Assembly (NCBI GenBank): GCA_963845245.1
Contig: CAWJRJ010000017.1
Location: 128,001-192,000, forward strand
Length of the DNA stretch: 64,000 bases
Origin: Nitrospirota bacterium
GTDB taxonomy: Bacteria; Nitrospirota; JACRHJ01
Direction of reading: 5' to 3'
Shown here: one piece after another, positions 8,913 through 17,546 of the stretch
How the letters are laid out: each line of letters begins with the position of its first letter
How positions within the stretch are numbered: the first letter of the stretch is position 1
Program-made: the position numbers and the translations under genes
The notes under the pieces: generated by a model
Databases searched by the model: none
What the model was told of the DNA's origin: nothing
The model's input: only the letters and a program-made list of their open reading frames with translations

Positions 8913-9385
8913 ATGGAAGATATCACCCTTGTCGAGATCGTAGACTATGCAAGGATAAACGAGGAAAACGCGAGACGGTTTTACCTTGGCGCTGCCGAGC
9001 ATGCGCGCAACGAGAGCGTCAAGACGTTTCTTATTGTCCCTTGCAGAGGAAGAGCAAAGGCATATCGACCATTTGAACGACCTCGATAAGACTTATCGAG
9101 ACCGGCAAGCCACTGCCTAAACCGCATGGCATCGTCAAACCGTTGGGCTACGAGGACTACCTGGGGAAGATCACGCTGGACGAGACCGCGGATTACCAGG
9201 AGGTCCTGAAGGCAGCCATGGCCAGGGAAAAAGAGGCTATGGACTCGTATCTGAAGTATTCCAAACTGGTCGACGACAAGAAGGCGAAAGACCTCTTTAT
9301 ACTGCTGGCCGCGGAGGAGAGCAGGCACCTGAGGGATTTCGAGGAAAAGTACGACGACTTCATGAAAGAGATAGAGAACTGGTAG
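8913..9385 (+). CDS. Rubrerythrin/ferritin-like diiron protein (two apparent frameshifts near 9032 and 9085)
   Basis: AGGAGG RBS and ATG at 8913. Stitched reading MEDITLVEIVDYARINEENARRFY..LAEEEQRHIDHL..AMAREKEAMDSY..LAAEESRHL gives two E..EE.RH diiron units. Confidence 0.75.
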
Positions 9386-9423
9386 TCTATTCAATTACCA
9401 ATAAACAGGACAGGGTGAGATTA

Positions 9424-10275
9424 ATGTATGAAATCCTGAAGAAAACAGTCTGGTCGGATGTCGAACCGAGGATCACCGAGTTCGAGCTGAACGCGCCCGA
9501 GATAGCGAAGGCGCACAAGGCCGGCCAGTTTGTCATCATAATAAACGGCGAGACCGGGGAGAGGATACCCCTGACCATAGCGGACAAGGATGCGGAAAAA
9601 GGCACCATAAGCATCCTGTTCCAGGAGGTAGGAGCATCCACTATAGCGCTTGGCGCCATGAAAGAGGGCGACAGGCTGGACCACGTAGCCGGCCCTCTCG
9701 GCAAGCCTACTCACGTTGAAAAATTCGGCACTGTCGTCTGCGTTGGCGGCGGCGTCGGGATCGCTCCGGTCCACCCGATTGCCAAGGCCATGAAGGAAGC
9801 GGGCAACAATGTCATATCGATACTGGGCGCTCGCACGAAGGACCTCCTCATCTACGAAGACAACATGCAGAAGGCGAGCCACAAGGTCTGCATCACGACC
9901 GACGATGGCAGCTACTGTAAAAAAGGCTTCGTAACGGACGAGCTGAAGCGCCTGATCGAGGTCGACAAGATGCAGATCGACCTGGTCGTGGTCATAGGCC
10001 CGCCCATCATGATGAAGTTCGTCTGCAAGGTGACCGAGCCCCACAAGATAAAGACCTTCGCCAGCCTCAACACCATCATGGTGGACGGCACCGGCATGTG
10101 CGGCGCTTGCCGCGTCACGGTCGGCGGAAAGACCCAGTTCGTGTGCGTGGACGGCCCAGAGTTTGACGGCCACCAGGTTGATTACGATGAGATGATGGCC
10201 CGCCAGAGGCAGTATCTGCCCGAGGAGAAGATAGCCGTCGATATCTGCAAAAAGAAGATGTGCCACTCGGCATAA
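9424..10275 (+). CDS. nfnA: NADH-dependent reduced ferredoxin:NADP+ oxidoreductase small subunit (NfnA/SudB)
   Basis: GERIPLTIAD, GPLG, GGGVGIAP, IGPPIMMK, MVDGTGMCGACRV..FVCVDGPEFDGH (Asp-ligated 2Fe-2S motif). Confidence 0.9.
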   Translation: MYEILKKTVWSDVEPRITEFELNAPEIAKAHKAGQFVIIINGETGERIPLTIADKDAEKGTISILFQEVGASTIALGAMKEGDRLDHVAGPLGKPTHVEKFGTVVCVGGGVGIAPVHPIAKAMKEAGNNVISILGARTKDLLIYEDNMQKASHKVCITTDDGSYCKKGFVTDELKRLIEVDKMQIDLVVVIGPPIMMKFVCKVTEPHKIKTFASLNTIMVDGTGMCGACRVTVGGKTQFVCVDGPEFDGHQVDYDEMMARQRQYLPEEKIAVDICKKKMCHSA

Positions 10276-10290
10276 AGAGAAAGGGATGCG

Positions 10291-11736
10291 ATGAGCGAGG
10301 AGAAAAAAGAGGAGCAGCCCAAAAAGCCGAAGGTTCCTCGTCAGGCAATGCCGGAGCAGGATCCGCATGTAAGGGCAAAAAATTTTCAGGAAGTCACCAC
10401 CGGGTATACCGAGGAGCAGGCGCTCCTTGAGGCTTCAAGGTGCCTGCAGTGCAAGAAGCCGTTCTGCAGGACGGGCTGTCCGGTCGGCATAGACATCAAG
10501 TCTTTCATTGGGCTTATTACGGGAAAAGACTACCTTGGCGCATTGGCCAAGATCAAGGAATCGAGCCTCCTGCCCGCAGTCTGCGGCAGGGTCTGCCCGC
10601 AGGAGATGCAGTGCGAAAAGTTCTGCATAGTGGGCAAGAAGAACGAGCCGGTCGCCATAGGCCGCCTCGAGAGGTTCGTAGCAGACTATCAGGGCAAGCA
10701 CGGCGGCGGCGAGCTGCCGACGACTGCTTCGTCCACAGGCAAAAAGGTCGCAGTCGTGGGCGCCGGCCCGTCGGGCCTCACTGCCGCCTTCGACCTCACC
10801 CTCTTAGGGCACAAGGTCACGATCTTCGAGGCCCTTCACAAGGCTGGCGGCGTGCTCGTATACGGCATACCCGAGTTCAGGCTTCCGAAGGCGATCGTTG
10901 AGCGCGAAGTCGACCTCCTCAAGAAGATGGGAGTCGAGATAAAGCTCGATTACGTCATAGGCAAGATCAAGACGATCGACCAGCTTATGCAGGAAGAAGG
11001 CTTCGACGCGGTATACGTGGGTAACGGCGCGGGACTGCCCTGGTTCATGGGCATACCCGGTGAGAACCTCAACGGCGTGTTCTCGGCCAACGAGTACCTC
11101 ACCCGTTCAAACCTTATGAAGGCCTATCAGTTCCCCGACTACGAGACCCCGATAGGCAGGTTCAAGAACGTCGCGGTCGTCGGCGGCGGAAACGTCGCGA
11201 TGGACTCTGTCAGGACGGCACTCAGGCTTGGCGCGGACAACGCATACATAGTATATCGCCGTTCCAAGGACGAGCTTCCCGCAAGAGGCGAAGAAGTCGA
11301 GCATGCGGGCCACGAGGGCGTCCAGTTCAAGCTTCTGACCGCACCCGTCAGGGTGATAGGCAACGATAAGGGCTGGGTCACCGGGCTTGAGTGCCTCGAG
11401 ATGGAACTTGGCGAGCCGGACGACTCCGGAAGGCGCAGGCCGGTCCCGAAGAAGGGCTCCGAGTTCGTGTTACCCTGCGACGCGATCGTCGTATCTATCG
11501 GCACCAGCTCGAACCCGCTCCTCTTCCAGACCACGCCGGGCCTTGGCCAGACGAAGAAGGGCTACATAGAGGTCGAGAGCGAAGAGACCTGCCGCACGAC
11601 CAAGAAGGGCGTGTTCGCCGGCGGCGATATAGTCACCGGCGCTGCCACGGTCATCCTTGCGATGGGTGCTGGCAGGAACGCGGCGAAGCACATAGACGAG
11701 TACCTGAAGACAGGCGAGTGGTGGAGCAACTCATAG
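10291..11736 (+). CDS. nfnB: NfnB/SudA large subunit (GltD-like)
   Basis: EASRCLQCKKPFC..GCP, CGRVCPQE..CE, YGIPEFRLPK, ANEYLTRSNLMKAY, YRRS, GAATVILAMGAG; paired with nfnA, no gltB nearby. Confidence 0.9.
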   Translation: MSEEKKEEQPKKPKVPRQAMPEQDPHVRAKNFQEVTTGYTEEQALLEASRCLQCKKPFCRTGCPVGIDIKSFIGLITGKDYLGALAKIKESSLLPAVCGRVCPQEMQCEKFCIVGKKNEPVAIGRLERFVADYQGKHGGGELPTTASSTGKKVAVVGAGPSGLTAAFDLTLLGHKVTIFEALHKAGGVLVYGIPEFRLPKAIVEREVDLLKKMGVEIKLDYVIGKIKTIDQLMQEEGFDAVYVGNGAGLPWFMGIPGENLNGVFSANEYLTRSNLMKAYQFPDYETPIGRFKNVAVVGGGNVAMDSVRTALRLGADNAYIVYRRSKDELPARGEEVEHAGHEGVQFKLLTAPVRVIGNDKGWVTGLECLEMELGEPDDSGRRRPVPKKGSEFVLPCDAIVVSIGTSSNPLLFQTTPGLGQTKKGYIEVESEETCRTTKKGVFAGGDIVTGAATVILAMGAGRNAAKHIDEYLKTGEWWSNS

Positions 11737-11801
11737 TCCACGGTCTGATTTGAAAGAGGTCAACAACACTTCCGGCATAGCCGGAGAAAGGTAGGCGTAT
11801 T

Positions 11802-12038
11802 ATGGCTATTACAGCGGATCAGGTTTTGGATTGCGTGGGTCTTGTTTGCCCGGAGCCGATTTTGAAGACGAACATGACCGTGAAGAAGATGGAGGTCGGC
11901 AAGGTCCTTGAGATGGTAGGCACCGACCTTGGCACGAAGAACGACATCGTAGCATGGGCCAACAGGACCGGCAACGAGCTCATGGAGGTCGTGGAAGAAG
12001 GCGGCAAGCAGCATTACTTCATAAAGAAGACGAAGTAG
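11802..12038 (+). CDS. tusA: TusA-family sulfurtransferase
   Basis: LDCVGLVCPEP (CPxP motif), DIVAWA..TGNEL. Confidence 0.9.
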   Translation: MAITADQVLDCVGLVCPEPILKTNMTVKKMEVGKVLEMVGTDLGTKNDIVAWANRTGNELMEVVEEGGKQHYFIKKTK

Positions 12039-12044
12039 GCTTTA

Positions 12045-12080
12045 ACCGGCCCCGGATAACACCGGGGCCGGGCTTTTATT
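12045..12080 (+). terminator. Intrinsic terminator after tusA
   Basis: CCGGCCCCGG-ATAACA-CCGGGGCCGG followed by GCTTTTATT. Confidence 0.65.
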
Positions 12081-12131
12081 GAGGGTCCTTACGGGGGAGA
12101 GGTTTCCAAGCATCCAGGAGGGGTTTGAGCA

Positions 12132-12572
12132 ATGAAGATAAAAGACATACTCGACACCAGCAGGGGCGTGATAACCATAGGACCCAAGGAGCATGTTGGG
12201 ACCGCCATGAAGACCCTTCTCGAAAGAAAGATAAGCTGTCTACCGGTCCTGGATGAAACAGGGAAGGTACTTGGCGTAATTTCAGAACGTGATATAATTA
12301 GAGAAATAAGCGAGACAGGCTGTCTTGGTGCCACCACGGTAGGTGATGCGATGACCAAGGACATACTCATCGGACTTGACGACGACGACCTCGACTATAT
12401 CATGAACATCATGTCCAAGAACAACATCAGGCATATGCCCATCATGTCAGGACGTGAGCTTACCGGGATCGTCTCGATAAGGGACGTGGTAAAGGGCCTG
12501 ATGCACAAGGTCGAGGCGGAGAACCGCTACCTGAAAGACTATATTGGCGGCAAGTACGAGGGGTATCAATAA
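12132..12572 (+). CDS. CBS-domain pair protein
   Basis: ISCLPV..GVISERDI and IRHMPI..GIVSIRDVV. Confidence 0.9.
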   Translation: MKIKDILDTSRGVITIGPKEHVGTAMKTLLERKISCLPVLDETGKVLGVISERDIIREISETGCLGATTVGDAMTKDILIGLDDDDLDYIMNIMSKNNIRHMPIMSGRELTGIVSIRDVVKGLMHKVEAENRYLKDYIGGKYEGYQ

Positions 12573-12594
12573 ACCTAAACTTGAGAGGTGTGCC

Positions 12595-12945
12595 ATGCCA
12601 TCCGTAAAGTTTGAAGGCGGTTCAGTAGAGGTAGACGAGAACGGTTACCTGAAGAACATATACGCGTGGAACGAGTCGATAGCGGCAGCCATCGCAAAGA
12701 CTGAAGGCATAAAAAAGCTGACCGAGGACAACCTCGAGGTCTTGAAGTTCCTCAGGAACTACTACATCAAATTCAATTCTTTTCCCCTGTTGAAGATGGT
12801 CTGTTCCAACCTTGACAAGCCGGCCACCTGCATGACGAAGCCGTTCAAGATGGACCCGCTCAAGGCATGGAAGATAGCCGGACTGCCCCAGCCGGTGGAA
12901 GAGGCGCTTGTATATCTCCAGGGGCCACCACACCCCCAGAAGTAA
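12595..12945 (+). CDS. DsrC/TusE-fold paralogue lacking the C-terminal cysteines (RspA-like)
   Basis: VDENGYL...WNE.IA..IA..EGI..LTE....L.FLR.YY, KIAGLPQP; no CX10C at the C-terminus; internal CX8C. Start reassigned to ATG 12595 after GAGGTG. Confidence 0.85.
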   Translation: MPSVKFEGGSVEVDENGYLKNIYAWNESIAAAIAKTEGIKKLTEDNLEVLKFLRNYYIKFNSFPLLKMVCSNLDKPATCMTKPFKMDPLKAWKIAGLPQPVEEALVYLQGPPHPQK

Positions 12946-12987
12946 TTGGCAAGATATGCCGGCCTGTGCCGGCATGGAGGAATATAG

Positions 12988-13797
12988 ATGGAAGAAGCAA
13001 TAAAGCCCGGGACTGTATACCTGGTCGGAGCAGGGCCGGGAGACCCGGGTCTTTTTACTTTAAAAGGCGCAAAGATACTCACAAACGCCGAGGTAGTCGT
13101 ATACGACGCCCTGGTACAGGAGGAACTTCTTGCACTTGCCCCTCCGGGCGCAAAGCTCATCTACATGGGCAAGCGCTGCGGCAGGAGCTGCCCCTCGCAG
13201 GAGGAGATAAATGACACCTTGGTTGCCGAGGCCAGGGCTGGCCGTAATGTGGTCAGGCTGAAGGGCGGAGACCCGTTCGTGTTCGGCAGGGGTGGTGAGG
13301 AAGTCCTTGCACTTGGCGCGGCAGGCATACCTTGCGAGGTCGTGCCCGGTGTGACCGCCGGCATCGCCGTACCGGCATCCATGGGCATACCAGTAACCCA
13401 CAGGGGGGCGTCAGGCAGCGTGGCATTCGTTACCGGCCATCCCGGTAGCGGCCTGCAGGACCCGGTGAACTGGGAGAGCCTGGCTACCGCCGTTAGCACT
13501 ATAGTCATTTATATGGGGCTTACCCGCCTGCCCGAGATCGCCGAGCGTCTCATCCACGCCGGCCGTCCGGCGGATACGCCGGCTGCAGTCGTCAGCCAGG
13601 GCACAGGCAAGGACCAGCGCCAGGTTGTAGCGCCTCTGAGCGAGTTGTTCAATGCAGCGACCGCTGCGGGTATAGACATGCCGGCCCTTATCATCATCGG
13701 CCCGGTAGTCGGCCTGAGGAATAAATTCGCTACTCTGGCATCGGCAGCCCTGCCTGCTAACCCAGCTCAGGAAGAGATGGCCAAAGCCCAAGGCTGA
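12988..13797 (+). CDS. cobA: Uroporphyrinogen-III C-methyltransferase (siroheme synthesis)
   Basis: VYLVGAGPGDP, RLKGGDPFVFGRGGEE, GIPVTHR. Confidence 0.95.
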   Translation: MEEAIKPGTVYLVGAGPGDPGLFTLKGAKILTNAEVVVYDALVQEELLALAPPGAKLIYMGKRCGRSCPSQEEINDTLVAEARAGRNVVRLKGGDPFVFGRGGEEVLALGAAGIPCEVVPGVTAGIAVPASMGIPVTHRGASGSVAFVTGHPGSGLQDPVNWESLATAVSTIVIYMGLTRLPEIAERLIHAGRPADTPAAVVSQGTGKDQRQVVAPLSELFNAATAAGIDMPALIIIGPVVGLRNKFATLASAALPANPAQEEMAKAQG

Positions 13798-13803
13798 GGC
13801 CCT

Positions 13804-13965
13804 ATGACAGAAAAAAACGATAGTCCTAATACGCCGGGCATAGTCAGAAAAGTCAAAAAGAGGAAGAGGCCGCCAAAACATAACTGCGACAAGAACTGCA
13901 GCATCTGCCGCCTTCCGTGCGACAACCCGATAAACCCTCTTTCCATTAAAAAAACAATAAAGTAA
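13804..13965 (+). CDS. 53-aa basic Cys-rich peptide (CX3CX2CX3C)
   Basis: Manual translation MTEKNDSPNTPGIVRKVKKRKRPPKHNCDKNCSICRLPCDNPINPLSIKKTIK*; fills the cobA-osmC gap; GAGG just upstream. Confidence 0.55.
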   Translation: MTEKNDSPNTPGIVRKVKKRKRPPKHNCDKNCSICRLPCDNPINPLSIKKTIK

Positions 13966-13981
13966 CGGGAGAACTTAATTC

Positions 13982-14455
13982 ATGGAGCCGATAAACCAGG
14001 ATATAAACCTCGAAGGCTACAAGGAGAAGGTAAAGACAGCCGCCAAAGGGTTCCTCTTTTGGGAGAAGGACCTCCTCTTCAAGGGGATGACCCAGTCGGG
14101 CTACGAGATAGAGTTCGACGCCGCCGTGCAATGGGGCTGCATGCCGACCGAGTCGCTGATGCTCTCGCTCGCGGGCTGCATGGGGATCGATGTAGTCAGC
14201 TTCCTGCAGAAGATGAAGGCCGAGATCCACAAATTCAAACTCGATATAGACGGCGACAGGAACCCCACACCTCCGCAGTACTTCAAGTCGTTCACGATGC
14301 ATCTGAACATTACCGGCAAGGGGATAAAGGAGAAGCAGGTCGAGCGGGCCATCGCGCTGTCTCAGGACAAATACTGCTCCGTCTACCATTCCCTGCGCAA
14401 GGACATTGTGGTCAAGGTGGGATATACCATAACTGATGTGGAAGAGCCGAAGTGA
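13982..14455 (+). CDS. OsmC family protein
   Basis: PTESLMLSLAGCMGIDV and LSQDKYCSV. Confidence 0.9.
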   Translation: MEPINQDINLEGYKEKVKTAAKGFLFWEKDLLFKGMTQSGYEIEFDAAVQWGCMPTESLMLSLAGCMGIDVVSFLQKMKAEIHKFKLDIDGDRNPTPPQYFKSFTMHLNITGKGIKEKQVERAIALSQDKYCSVYHSLRKDIVVKVGYTITDVEEPK

Positions 14456-15036
14456 AATACAAGGGTATAAACCACCTTGCGATGGCCACGGCCGACATGG
14501 ACGCGACCGTGAGGTATTGGCGGGACCTTCTCGGCATGAGGCTTATCGCAGGGCACGGCGGTGCAGGCCGCAGGCAGTACTTTTTCCAGATATCCGACTA
14601 CGACCTTGTTTCCTTCTTTGAATGGGACGATGTTGAGAAGGTAAGACCGAAGCGCCACGGCGAGCCCGTTAAGGGTCCGTTCATCTTCGACCACTTTGCG
14701 ATAGGTGTTGAAAACGATGACGCGCTGTGGGCCATCGCCGACAAGCTTATTGCCGCCGGGTTCTCATGCTCAAACATGATGGACCACGGGCTTATACATT
14801 CAATATATACCTTCGACCCGAACGGCATACCGGTCGAGTTCTGCTGCTATGTCGAAGGATGCAAGTTGATGGAGTATCCGGTCCTCGCGGATGCGGACCG
14901 TGTGCCGGCAGCCATGGAAGGTTCAGAGCCGAACGAATCGTACTGGCCCCCGGTCGATTCGCCCTTCACAGATGACGAAAAGGTGATTATCCCCGGCGAG
15001 GGGAGCGAGACCTTTAAGTCAAGCGGCAAGTCTTAA
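14452..15036 (+). CDS. VOC/glyoxalase family protein
   Basis: GINHLAM, FDHFAI, SIYTFDPNGIPVEF. Confidence 0.85.
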   Translation: MKYKGINHLAMATADMDATVRYWRDLLGMRLIAGHGGAGRRQYFFQISDYDLVSFFEWDDVEKVRPKRHGEPVKGPFIFDHFAIGVENDDALWAIADKLIAAGFSCSNMMDHGLIHSIYTFDPNGIPVEFCCYVEGCKLMEYPVLADADRVPAAMEGSEPNESYWPPVDSPFTDDEKVIIPGEGSETFKSSGKS

Positions 15037-15875
15037 AAAATAATCCCGGCGTACCCAACCGCCATTTCGAACTCTCCCTGCGGGTACACGTCATAGCTCG
15101 TAACGTGTTCAAGCAGCACGCCACTCTTTGAACCCATGACCTTCGAGGCGGCGACAGTAGCCGACATCGCGCCCGGTCCGCACGCGTTCGAGTTCTTTTC
15201 GGCTTCTTCCAATATATCCCCGGCTCTCAATTCAAGCGCTAGTCTTATTATCCTCTCGTCGTTTTCCCGCATCCATTGGTATGCCTTAGGCCCGTAGCCA
15301 GCCGGGGAAAACCCGTAGTTGTCCCCGTAGTGGGTGAGGTCAGTGCTCCCAATTACTACCGCATTAAGTCCTCTCCCGGCAATCACTCTGCCGATGCCTT
15401 CTCCGAGGGCAACGGCCTCCTCGCCGGGCGGGACGGCAATCGGCACTATGGATGTCTTCGGGAAGAGGTACTTTATCATCGGCGTCTGCACCTCTATCGA
15501 ATGTTCATATACGTGGGCCTGCGGGTTGTCTGCCAGAAGGCCCGGCAGCTCGCCAAGGAGCATCGCCGCGATGTCGCCATTTACCTTGATTTCACCGAGT
15601 GGAGTCGACCATGAACCGGAGCTGTATATGGAGTTCTTACGCACTCCGGGTACGTGTACTGCGCCGAGCAGTATAAACGCGTCGGGAGCTTTTTGCGCCT
15701 GTATGGACAGGAATACCTTGGCGGCGGTAGCGCCGGAGAAGAACCAGCCTGCGTGCGGCACTATTCCGCCTTTTATATCGGTAGGCTCATCAGGCGGCGT
15801 GAAACCTTTTTTGAAGCTCTCGATTTGCCCTATGCAGTTGCCTGGGTAAAACTGCGTGGCAGATTGTAGCCTCAT
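15033..15875 (-). CDS. MEMO1 family protein (AmmeMemoRadiSam protein B)
   Basis: FYP, IVPHAGW.FSG, EHSIEVQ.P, STDLTHYG, NACG, VGYAG. Confidence 0.9.
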   Translation of the reverse strand: MRLQSATQFYPGNCIGQIESFKKGFTPPDEPTDIKGGIVPHAGWFFSGATAAKVFLSIQAQKAPDAFILLGAVHVPGVRKNSIYSSGSWSTPLGEIKVNGDIAAMLLGELPGLLADNPQAHVYEHSIEVQTPMIKYLFPKTSIVPIAVPPGEEAVALGEGIGRVIAGRGLNAVVIGSTDLTHYGDNYGFSPAGYGPKAYQWMRENDERIIRLALELRAGDILEEAEKNSNACGPGAMSATVAASKVMGSKSGVLLEHVTSYDVYPQGEFEMAVGYAGIIF

Positions 15876-15880
15876 GATAA

Positions 15881-16567
15881 TTATATAGGCTTTCTGGCGA
15901 CCGCCATAATGTTCTTCCCGATAAAGGCCCCAACGGCCCTGTCGAGAAGCCTGCTTGCTGGGAAGAAAACGGTATCATAAACCTTTATAGCCTTCATGTT
16001 CAGGTCTCCGCGCCTGTTGCCGACAAGCTTGTAAAGTATGGTAGCAAGGAATCCGAGGCTGTCCACATAGGCAGCTTTTTCTTTAGCGAAACCGGCGGCC
16101 GATAAAAGACTGGTTAAGCCAGATATCCGATAACGTCTTAGATGGCCGACTTTTTTGTCCATGCTTGAATAGAGTATATCAAACGCCGGGACATAGAGAA
16201 AGAGCCTGCCTCCCGGTTTTAGCTTCTGATAAAGGTCCTTCAGTGTCCCCAGGTCGTCTTCGATATGCTCGAGCACATTCAAAGAATATATATAGTCGAT
16301 GGATTCAGACGGGATGCTCGAAACGTCGGGGTAGGCCTCGAAACCCAGCTCCTTCAGGCGTTTGGTTAGCGCCTGGTCAGGTTCGATGCAGACCACTGTG
16401 CCAGCTTTTGAAAGCGCGGTCGCAAAGGTACCTATCCCTGAGCCAAAATCCAGCATCCTGGTTGCGCCAAGTGAATGCCGGCGAGTTTCATTAATCAAGA
16501 AATTGCTATAGTTTTTTGCCTCTGCTATTATCTCTAGATTGTCAACACCGGTATATTTAACGCTCAT
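15881..16567 (-). CDS. Class I SAM-dependent methyltransferase
   Basis: LDFGSGIG, NVLEHIEDD, LKPGG, GHLRRY. Confidence 0.9.
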   Translation of the reverse strand: MSVKYTGVDNLEIIAEAKNYSNFLINETRRHSLGATRMLDFGSGIGTFATALSKAGTVVCIEPDQALTKRLKELGFEAYPDVSSIPSESIDYIYSLNVLEHIEDDLGTLKDLYQKLKPGGRLFLYVPAFDILYSSMDKKVGHLRRYRISGLTSLLSAAGFAKEKAAYVDSLGFLATILYKLVGNRRGDLNMKAIKVYDTVFFPASRLLDRAVGAFIGKNIMAVARKPI

Positions 16568-17537
16568 CCGAGGAGTCCCCCCGGCGAGTCACATTGTGGG
16601 TTATAAGCCTTTTTCGCAGAATAAAGTTTTCGTTATGATATTTGGACAGCGTATCCATTACCAGGCCGAGTCCCAGGCAAAACGCAGCCAGGATCCCTAA
16701 GCCCGAAGCGAGTATCGCCAGGGGGACGTGATATACATATCCGGTCATGACGTAATCCATAATAGGCGAGTATCCGGCGATGGCGCTCAGTGAAGATAGC
16801 ACAAGGAAGAGCATGGAAAAGAACACAAAGGGTTTATAATCTTTGAATATCAAGAATATCTTCTTCAAGACCAGGAAGCCATCCAGATAGGTGTTCAATT
16901 TGGAGTAGCTGCCGACAGGTCTTTCCCCGTATTTAATGAACATCTCCTTTATACGAAAGTCCTTTGCCAGTGCTTGAAGGGTCATCTCGGTTTCTATATC
17001 GAAGCCCTCGGACATCAACGGTATGGTCTTTATGAATGTCCAGGAAAATACCCTGTACCCCGACATTACGTCCGTTACCTTCCTGGAGAATATCAGCGAG
17101 ATAAGCCAGGCCACAAGCCTGTTGCCGAATTTGTGGAACTGCCTGAAGGATTTAGTACTGAAAGATGACAGCCTGGCGCCGACCACCATGTCGGCCTCGC
17201 CTTTTTTAAATTCGGCTATCAAGTCCGGGGCGGAGGCGGCCGGATACGTATCGTCACCGTCTACCATAATGAAAATTTCGCCTTCCAACTCCGAGAACAT
17301 CTGTTTTACTACGTTCCCTTTGCCCTTTATAGGTGAATGCACCACGGTTGCGCCGCTTTCCCTGGCAATCTCGGCTGTCCTGTCCGTCGAATTATTGTCG
17401 TAGACATAAATCGCGGCTCCAGGAAGTGCCGCTTTATAATCGGCCACAACGCGTCCGACAGTCTTTTCTTCGTTCAGGCAAGGGATCATTACCACCACCC
17501 CGCTGTATTTGTTCCCCTTATCTGGCATGCAGGTCAT
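16557..17537 (-). CDS. GT2 glycosyltransferase (GtrB/polyprenol-phosphate type) with two C-terminal TM helices
   Basis: IPCLNEE, YDNNSTD, GKG, VDGDDTY, DVMSGYR, FDIETE. Confidence 0.9.
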   Translation of the reverse strand: MTCMPDKGNKYSGVVVMIPCLNEEKTVGRVVADYKAALPGAAIYVYDNNSTDRTAEIARESGATVVHSPIKGKGNVVKQMFSELEGEIFIMVDGDDTYPAASAPDLIAEFKKGEADMVVGARLSSFSTKSFRQFHKFGNRLVAWLISLIFSRKVTDVMSGYRVFSWTFIKTIPLMSEGFDIETEMTLQALAKDFRIKEMFIKYGERPVGSYSKLNTYLDGFLVLKKIFLIFKDYKPFVFFSMLFLVLSSLSAIAGYSPIMDYVMTGYVYHVPLAILASGLGILAAFCLGLGLVMDTLSKYHNENFILRKRLITHNVTRRGDSSDER

Positions 17538-17546
17538 CCCTTCAAT

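Noticed and set aside
4762..10368. Long antisense ORFs (e.g. 4762..5619, 5709..6743, 9421..10368) and similar shadows across the window
   Set aside because: They mirror GC3-rich sense genes and have no motifs or RBS.
7166..11736. Glutamate synthase small subunit (gltD) calls for 7166..8848 and 10291..11736
   Set aside because: No gltB is present; the first has the DsrL C-terminal ferredoxin domain and dsr context, and the second pairs with nfnA.
12595..12945. Calling this gene dsrC
   Set aside because: It lacks both C-terminal catalytic cysteines (CX10C); it is a paralogue.
13804..13965. Radical SAM enzyme fragment (CX3CX2C)
   Set aside because: Only 53 aa with no TIM-barrel continuation in any adjacent frame, and a fourth Cys follows.
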